A DNA stretch of 64,000 bases, taken from NCBI GenBank assembly GCA_049282355.1, contig JBAPTW010000152.1:1224-65223 (forward strand). The letters run 5' to 3'. Below, one piece after another: positions 28,510-38,989 of the stretch. Made by a program: the position numbers and the translations under genes. The notes below the pieces were generated by a model. The model had not been told where the DNA came from, did not search any database, and worked only from the letters and a program-made list of their open reading frames with translations. Each line of letters opens with the position of its first letter. The first letter of the stretch is position 1. Source of the stretch: Gammaproteobacteria bacterium. GTDB taxonomy: Bacteria; Pseudomonadota; Gammaproteobacteria; HK1.

Positions 28510-28566
28510 GCGCGCCACCGCGTAACGTCACTGGGGCAAGCGCAGTAATCTTTAAAGAACAGCTTC
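28510..28566 (+). repeat. Right-arm partial copy of the MITE-like family immediately upstream of rfbA
   Basis: GCGCGCCACCGCGTAACGTCACTGGGGCAAGCGCAGTAATCTTTAAAGAACAGCTTC is followed by TAAGGAGAGAGGCATG, the rfbA SD and start. Confidence 0.75.
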
Positions 28567-28579
28567 TAAGGAGAGAGGC

Positions 28580-29455
28580 ATGAAGGGTGTCGTTCTGGCG
28601 GGCGGTTCTGGAACCCGCCTCTATCCCCTAACCCGTAGCGTCAGCAAACAGCTGCTGCCAGTCTACGATAAGCCTATGATCTATTATCCCCTTTCCACCC
28701 TCATGCTCGGGGGACTGCGGGAGATCTTGATCATCTCAACTCCCTGGGACCTTCCCAGCTTCCAGCGCTTGCTCGGCAGCGGCGAACAGTGGGGGCTCGA
28801 GCTGCATTATGCCGAACAGCCGCAACCGCGGGGTCTTGCGGAAGCTTTTCTCATCGGCCAGAAATTCATTGCTGGTGAGCCGTGCTGTCTGATTCTCGGA
28901 GACAACATTTTCTATGGCCATGGGCTTACCGAAGTGCTGCAACAGGTCGCGACACGTACCCAAGGAGCCACCGTCTTCGCCTACCGTGTCAACGCCCCCG
29001 AGCGCTATGGCGTAGTGGAATTCGACGAAGCCGGAAAACCTCTTCGAATTCAGGAAAAGCCCATCGCTCCACCGTCTCACTATGCGGTCACCGGCATCTA
29101 TTTCTACGACGATCAGGTGGTTGATATCGCCCGCTCACTTCGCCCCTCCGATCGCGGCGAGCTTGAAATTACCGATATTAATCAGACCTATCTCGACCAG
29201 GGTCAGCTCCAGGTCGAGAAGCTGGGTCGCGGTATTGCGTGGTTGGATACCGGCACCCATGAATCTTTGCAGCAAGCTTCGAACTACATCGCGGCTATCG
29301 AAGTGCGACAGGGGCTCAAAGTCGCTTGCTTGGAGGAAATCGCCTATCGCATGGGCTACATATCGCGCGAGCAGCTCGAATACCTGGCCGCTGAGCTGAT
29401 GCAGAATGGTTATGGCCGGTATCTTATGGAAATTCTCGAGGAGGATGAGACGTGA
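28580..29455 (+). CDS. rfbA: Glucose-1-phosphate thymidylyltransferase
   Basis: [18 protein letters not shown]...[17 protein letters not shown]...GLAEAF. Confidence 0.95.
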   Translation: MKGVVLAGGSGTRLYPLTRSVSKQLLPVYDKPMIYYPLSTLMLGGLREILIISTPWDLPSFQRLLGSGEQWGLELHYAEQPQPRGLAEAFLIGQKFIAGEPCCLILGDNIFYGHGLTEVLQQVATRTQGATVFAYRVNAPERYGVVEFDEAGKPLRIQEKPIAPPSHYAVTGIYFYDDQVVDIARSLRPSDRGELEITDINQTYLDQGQLQVEKLGRGIAWLDTGTHESLQQASNYIAAIEVRQGLKVACLEEIAYRMGYISREQLEYLAAELMQNGYGRYLMEILEEDET

Positions 29456-30348
29456 GCGCTCAGCCCGTCCCGGAAAAAATACTCGTTACCGGTGCGGACG
29501 GGCAACTGGGTCAAGCCTTAGTGCCGGTACTGCGAGCGCGAGGATACGAGGTGATCACTCCGACTTACCAGGAGCTGGATCTGGCTGTCCTGGACCAGAT
29601 AAGGGATAAGCTAGTGGCGCTTCGACCGGCCTGGGTGGTCAATTGCGCTGCCTATACTCAGGTCGACGAGGCGGAGTCCGAGCCCGAGCTCGCGCTGCGC
29701 ATCAACCGGGATGCGGTAGGACAGCTCGCGCAGGCTTTGGGGAGCTATGGCGGGCGCCTACTCCACCTATCGACCGATTACGTCTTTGACGGCCATCACT
29801 ATCAACCCTACCGAGAGGATGATCAGGCAAGTCCGCTCAGCGTCTACGGCCGTTCTAAATGGGAAGGTGAAGAGCTGGCGCGAACGTACCGTCCCGATAC
29901 GATAATCGTGCGCACGGCATGGCTGTACGGTATTGCAGGTCGAAATTTCGTCAAAACCATGCTGCGCCTCGCCTGCGAAAGGGAGCACCTGCGCGTTGTC
30001 GACGATCAATTCGGTACTCCGACTTGCACCGCAAGCCTCAGCCACGCGCTCGCTGATCTGCTCGATCAAGCGCTCGCCGGCACCTTTCACTATACTGACG
30101 AGGGCGTTGCGTCCTGGTACGACTTAGCTGTTGCCACCGCCGAAGAAGGGCGCCGTCTCGGCTTTCCCGTGAAGGCCCGACGCATCGAGCCAGTACCCAC
30201 CGAGGCATTCCCGCGGCCAGCACCACGACCCGCGTTCAGCCTACTGAGCAAAGCTAAGATCAGATCGCTGCTCAGCTTCCCAATCCCCCATTGGCGGGAG
30301 AGTCTAATCACCATGCTGAGGGACTTTAAGCGATGCGACAGCTGCTAG
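29452..30348 (+). CDS. rfbD: dTDP-4-dehydrorhamnose reductase
   Basis: [11 protein letters not shown]...[12 protein letters not shown]...STDYVFDG. The GTG start overlaps the rfbA stop (GTGA). Confidence 0.9.
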   Translation: MSAQPVPEKILVTGADGQLGQALVPVLRARGYEVITPTYQELDLAVLDQIRDKLVALRPAWVVNCAAYTQVDEAESEPELALRINRDAVGQLAQALGSYGGRLLHLSTDYVFDGHHYQPYREDDQASPLSVYGRSKWEGEELARTYRPDTIIVRTAWLYGIAGRNFVKTMLRLACEREHLRVVDDQFGTPTCTASLSHALADLLDQALAGTFHYTDEGVASWYDLAVATAEEGRRLGFPVKARRIEPVPTEAFPRPAPRPAFSLLSKAKIRSLLSFPIPHWRESLITMLRDFKRCDSC

Positions 30349-31391
30349 TCACCGGTGGAGCCGGGTTCATTGGGAGCAATTTCGTGCGCTATTGGCTAGC
30401 GCATCACACTGACGATCGCTTGGTGGTGCTCGATGCACTTACCTACGCCGGCAATCTGGAGAGCCTGAGTGGGCTCGAGTCATTAGCAAACTATCAATTC
30501 ATCCATGGCGATATCTGTGACGTCGAGCTCGTTGAAGAAATCCTTTTTGAAAACAACATCGATACGATTGTTCATTTTGCCGCCGAGTCACACGTCGATC
30601 GATCGATTCTCGGACCAGAGGCATTCATCCGCACTAACGTACACGGAACCTTCACCCTGCTTGAAGCGGCCAGAAAAGCCTGGGTAAACGTGCGGCGCGA
30701 GCAGCGCTTTCTACATGTCTCAACCGACGAAGTATTCGGCAGCCTGGAACGCCACGAACCGCCTTTCACCGAGATCAGTCCCTATCGACCGAACAGCCCC
30801 TATGCGGCTTCCAAGGCCGGCGCAGATCATCTAGCGCGGGCTTATTTCCACACCTATGGACTGCCAGTACTGACCACCAACTGTTCAAACAATTATGGCC
30901 CCTACCAGTTCCCTGAAAAGCTGATACCGCTTACTATCATCAACGCCCTTGAGGGCAAACCGATTCCTGTCTATGGCGATGGACGCAATGTGCGCGACTG
31001 GCTGCATGTCGAAGATCACTGTCGCGGCATTGAAGCGGTGCTCGGCGCCGGCGAGAAGGGTCAGACTTACAGCATCGGCGCGAGCAACGAGCGGGAGAAC
31101 TTAGACATTGTCCAGCAGATCTGCAATTGCCTCGACCGCCTGTTGCCCAGCGAGCAGCCCCGTCGAGATCTCATTACCTTCGTCACCGATCGGCCTGGTC
31201 ATGATCGGCGCTATGCCATTGATGCCTCAAGGATGCGCAATGAGCTTGGATGGCAGCCACAATACGCCTTCGCCGACGGTCTCGAACAGACGGTGCGTTG
31301 GTACTTAGAGCATCGCCGCTGGTGGGAACGGGTACGTCGTGGCGACTATCGCCAGTACTACGCACAACAGTACGGTGTCAGCGAGGCGTAA
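30333..31391 (+). CDS. rfbB: dTDP-glucose 4,6-dehydratase
   Basis: [15 protein letters not shown]...HFAAESHVDRS...STDEVFG...PYAASKAGADHL. Confidence 0.95.
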   Translation: MRQLLVTGGAGFIGSNFVRYWLAHHTDDRLVVLDALTYAGNLESLSGLESLANYQFIHGDICDVELVEEILFENNIDTIVHFAAESHVDRSILGPEAFIRTNVHGTFTLLEAARKAWVNVRREQRFLHVSTDEVFGSLERHEPPFTEISPYRPNSPYAASKAGADHLARAYFHTYGLPVLTTNCSNNYGPYQFPEKLIPLTIINALEGKPIPVYGDGRNVRDWLHVEDHCRGIEAVLGAGEKGQTYSIGASNERENLDIVQQICNCLDRLLPSEQPRRDLITFVTDRPGHDRRYAIDASRMRNELGWQPQYAFADGLEQTVRWYLEHRRWWERVRRGDYRQYYAQQYGVSEA

Positions 31392-31397
31392 GAAGCT

Positions 31398-32399
31398 TTG
31401 AAAGCGGCTGTAAGATCCTCTCTCGGAACCCCGCAAGTCCTGCAGCTTGAAGACGTGCCGCAACCTTCACTGCGCGCCGACCACGAAGTCCTTGTGCGCC
31501 TCAAGGCTGCAGGCGTTAATCCGCTTGATACCAAGCTTCGCGCCAAGCCAAGCCCCTATCCATTGCCAACCCCCGTGGTATTGGGCTGTGACGGCGCGGG
31601 TATCGTGGAAGCTGTTGCCACATCCGTAGACAAGTTCAAACCTGGCGACGAGGTTTACTTTTGCCGATGCGGTTTTGGTGACAGCACAGGAACCTACGCC
31701 GAATACGTCGTTGTTGAGGAACATTTGCTGGCAAAGAAACCAAAACGGCTCGACTTCGTAACGGCAGCGGCGGCGCCACTCGTACTCATCACGGCTTGGG
31801 AATCCCTACACGACCGGGCTCATATCGCACAGCAGCAGGCTGTGCTCATTCACGGCGGAGCCGGTGGCGTAGGTCACGTGGCGGTGCAACTCGCCCATCA
31901 GGCAGGTGCTCGCATTGCCACTACCGTCGGCTCTGCCTCAAAAGCCACCTTTACCGAAAGCTTGGGGGCTGAGCGATCAATCCTCTACGAGACTGAGGAT
32001 TTCGTTGAAGTCATTATGACATGGACCAAAGGCCAAGGCGTGGCCATGGCGCTCGATACCGTTGGCGGCGCCACATTTCAACAGACCTTTGCGGCAGTGC
32101 GCTGCTATGGGGATGTGGTGACGCTACTCCAGCCAGGAAATGATGTCGACTGGACGGTAGCAAGACAGCGTAATCTTCGTATCGGATTCGAGCTTATGCT
32201 GTTGCCATTGCTCATCGATATACCGGACGCTCAGCAACATCAGGGCGAAATTTTAAGGCAGTGCGCCGAGCTAATCGATGCGAGGAAACTCAACATCCAT
32301 GTCGCCGAGGTATTTCCCCTCGCCGAGGCGGCTAAAGCCCATGAATTCCTGGAGCGAGCAGCTCCCATGGGGAAGGTGGTATTGAGCATCGATGACTGA
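31398..32399 (+). CDS. Zinc-type alcohol dehydrogenase / quinone oxidoreductase (MDR) family protein
   Basis: MKAAVRSSLGTP...GVNPLDTKLR...VLIHGGAGGVGHVAVQLA. TTG start at 31398. Confidence 0.85.
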   Translation: MKAAVRSSLGTPQVLQLEDVPQPSLRADHEVLVRLKAAGVNPLDTKLRAKPSPYPLPTPVVLGCDGAGIVEAVATSVDKFKPGDEVYFCRCGFGDSTGTYAEYVVVEEHLLAKKPKRLDFVTAAAAPLVLITAWESLHDRAHIAQQQAVLIHGGAGGVGHVAVQLAHQAGARIATTVGSASKATFTESLGAERSILYETEDFVEVIMTWTKGQGVAMALDTVGGATFQQTFAAVRCYGDVVTLLQPGNDVDWTVARQRNLRIGFELMLLPLLIDIPDAQQHQGEILRQCAELIDARKLNIHVAEVFPLAEAAKAHEFLERAAPMGKVVLSIDD

Positions 32400-32450
32400 G
32401 AAGCTGTCTGAAGAATGCCGCGCGCCGGAGCCGCAAGGCGCACTCAGCCC
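32400..32450 (+). repeat. Left-arm copy of the MITE-like family starting directly after a TGA stop
   Basis: GAAGCTGTCTGAAGAATGCCGCGCGCCGGAGCCGCAAGGCGCAC. A degenerate right arm may extend to about 32508. Confidence 0.7.
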
Positions 32451-32620
32451 ATTGCGCGGGAGTCGCCCCGGCGGGATTTAGCCTGCGGCTATGCAAAAAG
32501 ACTTTGAGACATTGGGTGCCGAGCCGTCGCTCGACACCGCTGTGCAAGGATGCTTGTTTTCTGGAATGGCCTTGGAAACATCACAACCATCGCGGACGAT
32601 GCCACCATCGCCATTGCGGT

Positions 32621-35071
32621 TCAGGCTTTTGGCTTGCGGCCCTTCGTTGTCGGTGAAGCTGCCACCTCTGCATCATCAGATTTCGTCTGCGCCACTCCGC
32701 TTGTCGGGGGCTTATCAGCGCCTTCTTGCGTCTCGTGGTCTTCCTTCAACTGCGACCGCAATTCAGCCAGCTCAGAGCGCAGCACTTCGACCTCTGCCTC
32801 TGCCGGGGTGTCTGCTAGGTGCTTTTGTTCGGCAGGGATCGCTTCCGGCTCCCGTTGCAGGACGATGCCGGCCAGTGGTGGCAATGTAATCGACAGCGAA
32901 TAGGGCCGGTCCATCCACGGCATCTCCTCGGCGATGAGCGAAACTCCACCGTTTCCAACATTGCTGCCGCCATAGAACTCCGAGTCGGAATTGAAGATTT
33001 CTCGATAGGTGCCGGGACTTGGTATCCCGATACGGTAGCCATAGCGGGGTACCGGCGTGAAGTTCACCACCACGACCAAGAATTCATTATCGCTTTTGCG
33101 CAGATAGCTGAGAATCGACTGTTGACCGTCATGACAATCGATCCAATCAAATCCTTGCCACTCGAATTCATAGCAATAGAGCGCCACTGAGCGGTGATAG
33201 AGCGCATTCAGATCTTTGACCAGCCGCTGTACTCCACTGTGGAACGGGTATTGGACCACGTACCAGTCGAGGACCCTGGCGCTGTCCCACTCCGTCCCTT
33301 GACCAAACTCTGTGCCCATGAACAGTAGCTTCTTTCCGGGATGGGTGAACATGTACGTGTAGAGCAGGCGTAAGTTGGCAAAGCGGCGCCACTCATCCCC
33401 GGGCATTTTATTGAGCATAGACGCCTTTCCGTGCACCACCTCATCGTGAGAAAAGGGCAGCAGGAAATTCTCCGTAAAAGCGTACAGCATGCTAAACGTC
33501 AGCAGGTCGTGGTGGTACTGACGGTACACGGGATCGTGAGACATGTACCGCAGGGTGTCGTTCATCCAGCCCATATTCCACTTCAGGCTGAACCCAAGTC
33601 CCCCCACATAGGTGGGACGGGTCACTTGCGGCCAAGAGGTGGACTCCTCGGCCATCACCAATACCCCGGGATGCTGCCCATGAATCACGGCATTGAGCTC
33701 GCGAAGAAACTCCATCGCCTCAAGATTTTCCCGGCCGCCGTATTTATTGGGAATCCACTCTTCCCGCGAATAATCGAGATACAGCATCGACGCTACGGCA
33801 TCCACTCGCAGCCCATCGAGATGAAATTCCTCCACCCAAAACACGGCACTGGAAAGCAGAAACCCGCACACCTCGTGGCGTCCGTAGTTATAAATCAAGG
33901 TGGACCAGTCCAAGTGCTCGCCCTGGCGCGGATCCGCATGCTCATAAACGGGCTCACCGTCGAACCGGGCGAGACCATAGGCATCTTTGGGAAAATGTGC
34001 CGGTACCCAATCGAGGAAAATCCCGATGTCATGCTGATGACAGTAATTAACGAAATAGCGGAAATCATCCGGCTTACCAAAGCGGCTTGTGGGTGCGAAA
34101 TAGCCGGTGCTCTGATATCCCCAGGAAGCATCAAAGGGATGCTCCGTGATGGGCAGCAACTCAATATGGCTGAATCCCAGGTCCTTGACATAGGGTACGA
34201 TCTGTTCGGCAAGCTCCCGGTAGGTCAAGAATTCGCCTTCCGGGCCTCTTTGCCACGATCCCAAGTGCACCTCATAGATTGACATGGGCGCGTGGAGCCA
34301 ATCGCGGGATGCGCGTTTTTCCAGCCACGCCTCATCGGTCCAGGCAAACGAGGTTTCATCTACCGCGATTGAGGCTGTGCTCGGACGCATCTCAAACCGC
34401 TGACCGTAGGGATCGGTCTTGAGAAACACCATACCTGAATTGCGGTTACGAATTTCGAACTTATAAATAAGCCCCGCCTCAAGTTCAGGTATAAAGAGTT
34501 CCCAAACACCACTGCCTCCGCGCACTCTCAAGGGATGTGCACGACCATCCCAGTGGTTAAAATCACCCACCACGCTGACCCGCTCCGCATTGGGAGCCCA
34601 TACGGCAAACCCGATGCCGGCTATGCCGTCCACCACTCGCGGGTGTGCCCCAAGGAATCGATAGGCATGCCAGTGGCGTCCCTCGTTGAAAAGGTGCAGA
34701 TCAAAATCGCTCACCTGCGGCAAGAAAGTGTAAGGATCGTGGACGATGTGCTCATGATGTCCCGCGTCCCGCCAAATGAAGCGATAGTGAGCAGGAAGCC
34801 CATCGGGATCACCGCGCCACTCGAAAATGTCGGTATTGGGAATGCGTTCCATCGGCAACATCCCCTCGGCGATGGTCACATCGATGCAGTTTGGGATGTT
34901 GGCCCTGACCACGATGCCATCGCCTTCTTGATGGCGACCGAGCACCTCGAACGGATCGTGGTGCTTCGCTTCTGCGATTCGTCGCAAGTCTTCTGTGAGG
35001 TTGGGAATGTTCATTCGTTGGATCTCTATTGTGTTTTCGCGCTGCTCCCTCTGCAGATGCCTCGAGAGCAC
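32621..35071 (-). CDS. glgB: 1,4-alpha-glucan branching enzyme with a 77-aa charged C-terminal extension
   Basis: GH13 regions [25 protein letters not shown] and SHDEVVH, plus a CBM48 segment. The tail [10 protein letters not shown]...[21 protein letters not shown]...KGRKPKA maps to nt 32621-32854. The likely true start is the ATG at 35014 ([10 protein letters not shown]). Confidence 0.95.
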   Translation of the reverse strand: MLSRHLQREQRENTIEIQRMNIPNLTEDLRRIAEAKHHDPFEVLGRHQEGDGIVVRANIPNCIDVTIAEGMLPMERIPNTDIFEWRGDPDGLPAHYRFIWRDAGHHEHIVHDPYTFLPQVSDFDLHLFNEGRHWHAYRFLGAHPRVVDGIAGIGFAVWAPNAERVSVVGDFNHWDGRAHPLRVRGGSGVWELFIPELEAGLIYKFEIRNRNSGMVFLKTDPYGQRFEMRPSTASIAVDETSFAWTDEAWLEKRASRDWLHAPMSIYEVHLGSWQRGPEGEFLTYRELAEQIVPYVKDLGFSHIELLPITEHPFDASWGYQSTGYFAPTSRFGKPDDFRYFVNYCHQHDIGIFLDWVPAHFPKDAYGLARFDGEPVYEHADPRQGEHLDWSTLIYNYGRHEVCGFLLSSAVFWVEEFHLDGLRVDAVASMLYLDYSREEWIPNKYGGRENLEAMEFLRELNAVIHGQHPGVLVMAEESTSWPQVTRPTYVGGLGFSLKWNMGWMNDTLRYMSHDPVYRQYHHDLLTFSMLYAFTENFLLPFSHDEVVHGKASMLNKMPGDEWRRFANLRLLYTYMFTHPGKKLLFMGTEFGQGTEWDSARVLDWYVVQYPFHSGVQRLVKDLNALYHRSVALYCYEFEWQGFDWIDCHDGQQSILSYLRKSDNEFLVVVVNFTPVPRYGYRIGIPSPGTYREIFNSDSEFYGGSNVGNGGVSLIAEEMPWMDRPYSLSITLPPLAGIVLQREPEAIPAEQKHLADTPAEAEVEVLRSELAELRSQLKEDHETQEGADKPPTSGVAQTKSDDAEVAASPTTKGRKPKA

Positions 35072-35484
35072 AAGACAGCCCGCAAGCTCCTTATCCGCTC
35101 ACCCATCAATGGTCATGGCAACAGCCCGCGCGCGGATTTGCCAACACGTCCTCTGGTCGGGAGAACTTGATCTATGGCGCAAGTTTCGTTGCGCCTGCGA
35201 CCCAAATAGCGACGTTTTGCCCCGCCCACACAAAAGGTAAAGTCTCGCCTTCGATAGGTGTCAGCCACCTCTTGCAACCCGGCTGGCGACTCAACTGTCT
35301 TATGCGCGTCCTTTCTTGTTGTGACAAACCCACAAATGGTATTGAATTAACAGTATTTTATTCGGTATGATGATTTGCTGCAATCATTGCATCCGGCATG
35401 TTCCTGAGTTGCACCATTTAGGGAGTGGACTGAACGATAGGTTAAGCTAGCTTGCTCGTTCCTATCGCAAACGTCACAAGCTAA

Positions 35485-35698
35485 GAAGCTGTTCTAAAAA
35501 TATCGCAAGCACCGGAGTCACAAGGCACACGGTGGCGACAAAATCGTCTGGAACGATTTCGAACAGCTGTAAGCTGGCCCTGAAGAGGTGAGCCCCAAGG
35601 AGGGGGCGAATAACAACCGGTGTGTACGTGGGGTTCATGAGCTTGTGAGCCGCCACGCCATACCGCTATGGCAAGCGCCGTAAATTTTGAAACAGTTC
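35485..35698. mobile_element. Long variant (214 bp) of the MITE-like family
   Basis: GAAGCTGTTCTAAAAATATCGCAAGCACCGGAG...GGAACGATTTCGAACAGCTG...GAGCCGCCACGCCATACCGCTATGGCAAGCGCCGTAAATTTTGAAACAGTTC. TAA on both flanks (35482-35484 and 35699-35701). Confidence 0.8.
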
Positions 35699-35981
35699 TA
35701 AGCAGGCAGGCGTTAGATTCGACGTCGAGGTGTCGAGGTCAGGGACCGCGGGCATGTTGGTTTGGCGCACTGCCATAGGCTAGGCCCACACCGGCTAATC
35801 TAGTTAGGTGCAAAAAGGACTGAAGCGGCGCGGCAGCGGAAAAAACATGAGGTCAGGCAGCAAACCTTCTTGAGCTGCCGATGACACCAACAACAAATCC
35901 TGTACCCTGTACCCCACCGGCAGCATGCGCCCGTGGGCGGCGAATCCCCACGATGAAATCAGAAAACCTGGAGTATGGTGC

Positions 35982-37253
35982 ATGAAGATATACAACCTCT
36001 TCCCGCCGCTTGCCGGCAAGTTTGCCAATTGGACCCCCCACCTCGATCGGGCGGCCAAGATGGGGTTCGACTGGATCTTCGTGAATCCCATCCACAAGCC
36101 TGGCGGATCAGGAAGCCTTTATTCCGTGGCAGATTATTTTGAGCTCAATGATCGCTTCGTGGATCCGAAATCGAGCAAATCGCCCGAAGCGCAGATAAAA
36201 GAAGTCATCCGCAAGGCGGAGCGCCGGGGATTGCAACTGATAGTGGATCTGGTCATTAATCATTGCGCATCGGATTCACCTCTCGTTTCCGCGCACCCTG
36301 AATGGTTTCTGCATAACGAAGACAACAGCATCGCCCATCCCTTCTGTATCGAAAATGGCAAAAAAACGGTCTGGGGGGATCTTGCACGTTTCGATCACCG
36401 AAATAACAGCGATCCGAACGGCCTTTATCGATATTGCTTCAAAATCGTGGATTATCTGATCCGGTTAGGCTTCGAGGGATTTCGCTGCGATGCCGCCTAC
36501 CAGATTCCAGGTAAGCTATGGCGACGCCTCATTGGGGAAACAAAAAACCAACACCCCGACGTGCTTTTTCTTGCCGAGACCCTCGGGTGCACCGCGGACC
36601 AAACCAAGAAAACCGCTGATGCCGGTTTTGACTATGTCTTTAACAGCTCCAAATGGTGGGACTTCTCCAAGCCCTGGCTGTTGGAGCAGTATGATCTCAT
36701 CCGCGAGCGAGCGCCCTCCATCAGCTTTCCTGAGAGTCACGATACGGCGCGGCTTATGGAAGAGATGCACGGCAATGTAGAGGCGCTGAAGCAACGTTAC
36801 TTATTTGCTGCGGTATTCTCGAGCGGAGTCATGATACCCATCGGCTTCGAGTTCGGCTTCCGTAAGCGCCTACATGTGGTGAAAACTCGACCAGAGGACT
36901 GGGAAGAAACGGACGTCGATTTGACCGACTTTATCGCCCGTGTCAATACCATGAAGTCGCGCTTCCGAATATTTCAAGAGGAGTGCCCCACACAGGTATT
37001 GCGCTACGATAATCCCGCCGTTTTGTTGATGTGGAAAGCTTCAGTAAAAACGTCCGAGGAAGCCCTGATCATTCTCAACAAGGATCCATGGAACCGACAG
37101 CATTTCCATGCGGAAAGCCTCGGGGGATTCATCCAAGGGGGCGCAGCACTGATGGATGTCTCTCCCGATGATCCCATGGACTACGTTCCCGTGCCTTTTT
37201 CCTATGAGCTACGCCCAGGCGAAGGCCGGGTAATGGTCACAACGCGAGAATAG
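35982..37253 (+). CDS. GH13 alpha-amylase-family enzyme, GlgE-like catalytic domain only
   Basis: MKIYNLFPPLAGKFANW...MGFDWIFVNPIHKPG resembles the start of the GlgE catalytic domain. Motifs present: DLVINH, GFRCDAAYQIP, FLAETLG, FPESHDT. GGAG lies about 9 nt upstream of the ATG at 35982. Confidence 0.7.
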   Translation: MKIYNLFPPLAGKFANWTPHLDRAAKMGFDWIFVNPIHKPGGSGSLYSVADYFELNDRFVDPKSSKSPEAQIKEVIRKAERRGLQLIVDLVINHCASDSPLVSAHPEWFLHNEDNSIAHPFCIENGKKTVWGDLARFDHRNNSDPNGLYRYCFKIVDYLIRLGFEGFRCDAAYQIPGKLWRRLIGETKNQHPDVLFLAETLGCTADQTKKTADAGFDYVFNSSKWWDFSKPWLLEQYDLIRERAPSISFPESHDTARLMEEMHGNVEALKQRYLFAAVFSSGVMIPIGFEFGFRKRLHVVKTRPEDWEETDVDLTDFIARVNTMKSRFRIFQEECPTQVLRYDNPAVLLMWKASVKTSEEALIILNKDPWNRQHFHAESLGGFIQGGAALMDVSPDDPMDYVPVPFSYELRPGEGRVMVTTRE

Positions 37254-37332
37254 GCTCACTGCCAAGCAGGTCGATGAGCAATAAGCCCGCCACATCGGAG
37301 CAACTCAGAACTGGTTTCGTTTAGGAAGTTCT

Positions 37333-38805
37333 ATGTACATTGCGATGATTTCCCCGGAATGTGCTCCCGTAGCCAAGGTGGGCGGTTTAGCCGATGTTGT
37401 GTTCGGACTGAGCCGCGAGCTGGAAATCCGGGGGAACGAGGTTCACATCATACTCCCCAAGTATGACTGTATGCGTTATGACCACATCTGGGGCCTGAGC
37501 ATCACTGTCACAGATCTGTGGGTTCCTTGGTACGGGACTAGTATCCATTGCACAGTGTGGTTTGGTTTCGTACATGGCCGAAAGTGCTACTTTATCGAGC
37601 CGCACTCAGAGGACAACTTCTTCAATCGCGGACATCTCTATGGATTTTCGGATGACACCGCCCGATTCTCTTTCTTCAGTAAGGCCGCCCTGGAATTTCT
37701 GCTGAAAGACAGTCGTCGTCCAGACATCATCCACTGTCACGATTGGCAAACGGGTCTCGTGCCGGTGCTTCTATATGAAATTTACCAGCATATCGGGATG
37801 CACAACCAACGGGTCTGTTACACCATTCATAATTTCAAGCACCAAGGCACTACCGCGGAATATATCCTGCGCGCCACGGGATTGATACGCCCGGAGCATT
37901 TCTTTCACTATGATCGACTGCGGGATAATTTCAATCCGTTCGCCCTTAACCTGATGAAAGGCGGCATTGTCTATTCGAACTTCGTCACCACCGTGTCGCA
38001 ACAATATGCCCATGAAGCACGTTACACGGACCAAGGCTATGGTCTCGGACACACCTTGGAGGTCCACCAGGGTAAATTCGGCGGAGTGCTCAATGGCGTG
38101 GATTACGACGTTTGGAACCCGGAGATCGATCCCTTTATCCCGGTTCGGTACAGCGCCGCAGATCTCGATGCTAAATACGGCGACAAAGAAGCCCTTCGGG
38201 ATCGATTATGGTTGCAGAAAGGTTTCAAACCGATCATCGCCTACATCGGCCGGCTGGATAGCCAGAAAGGTGTCCACCTTATCCGTGACGCTATTTTCCA
38301 CGCGCTGCATTCCGGCGCCCAATTCGTTCTCCTCGGCTCCAGCCCCGACGAGGCCATCAGTCGAGAATTCTGGCACCTCAAGCACCATCTAAACGACAGC
38401 CCAGATTGCCATCTTGAGCTGGGGTTCAATGAGGAGCTTTCCCATCTCATCTATGCGGGCGCCGACATGATCGTGATGCCAAGCCTGTTCGAGCCCTGCG
38501 GCCTGACCCAAATGATCGCCTTGAAATACGCAACTGTGCCTATCGTGCGGGCCGTGGGAGGTCTGGTGGATACGGTCTTTGATCGCGACCACTCGTGGAA
38601 GCCTTTGGAAGAACGCAATGGTTATGTTTTTCATGAGGCGAGCCTGCCCGCGCTCGAAGCAGCCATGCATAGGGCGATCGGTCTTTGGTACGGTTACCCC
38701 GATGAATTCCGTAAGCTCATGATTCAAGGCATGCGCTACGATTATTCTTGGAACCGCCCAGGTCAAGACTACCTGAATATCTACAACTACATCCGGCCGA
38801 AGTAG
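37333..38805 (+). CDS. glgA: Glycogen (starch) synthase, ADP-glucose type
   Basis: MYIAMISPECAPVAKVGGLADVV (KxGGL motif). 490 aa with a GT5 layout. Confidence 0.95.
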   Translation: MYIAMISPECAPVAKVGGLADVVFGLSRELEIRGNEVHIILPKYDCMRYDHIWGLSITVTDLWVPWYGTSIHCTVWFGFVHGRKCYFIEPHSEDNFFNRGHLYGFSDDTARFSFFSKAALEFLLKDSRRPDIIHCHDWQTGLVPVLLYEIYQHIGMHNQRVCYTIHNFKHQGTTAEYILRATGLIRPEHFFHYDRLRDNFNPFALNLMKGGIVYSNFVTTVSQQYAHEARYTDQGYGLGHTLEVHQGKFGGVLNGVDYDVWNPEIDPFIPVRYSAADLDAKYGDKEALRDRLWLQKGFKPIIAYIGRLDSQKGVHLIRDAIFHALHSGAQFVLLGSSPDEAISREFWHLKHHLNDSPDCHLELGFNEELSHLIYAGADMIVMPSLFEPCGLTQMIALKYATVPIVRAVGGLVDTVFDRDHSWKPLEERNGYVFHEASLPALEAAMHRAIGLWYGYPDEFRKLMIQGMRYDYSWNRPGQDYLNIYNYIRPK

Positions 38806-38827
38806 GTTACTTTCATCCGCGGATCGA

Positions 38828-38901
38828 GAAGCTGTTTTAGAAATGTCGAGAGTGCCGGGCAATGCCGCTATGACAAGCGCACTCGTTTTCAAGACAGCTT
38901 A
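38828..38901. mobile_element. Internally deleted (74 bp) copy of the MITE-like family
   Basis: GAAGCTGTTTTAGAAATGTCGAGAGTGCCGGGCAATGCCGCTATGACAAGCGCACTCGTTTTCAAGACAGCTT. Left and right arms are joined without the central segment. Confidence 0.7.
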
Positions 38902-38989
38902 TAGGAAGCGGTATGAGCTTGGAGATCTGGCGACCAACTGATGATATGCTCTGCCGCTGCCGAATAGAAAGCTGCGTAGGACACCCGCC

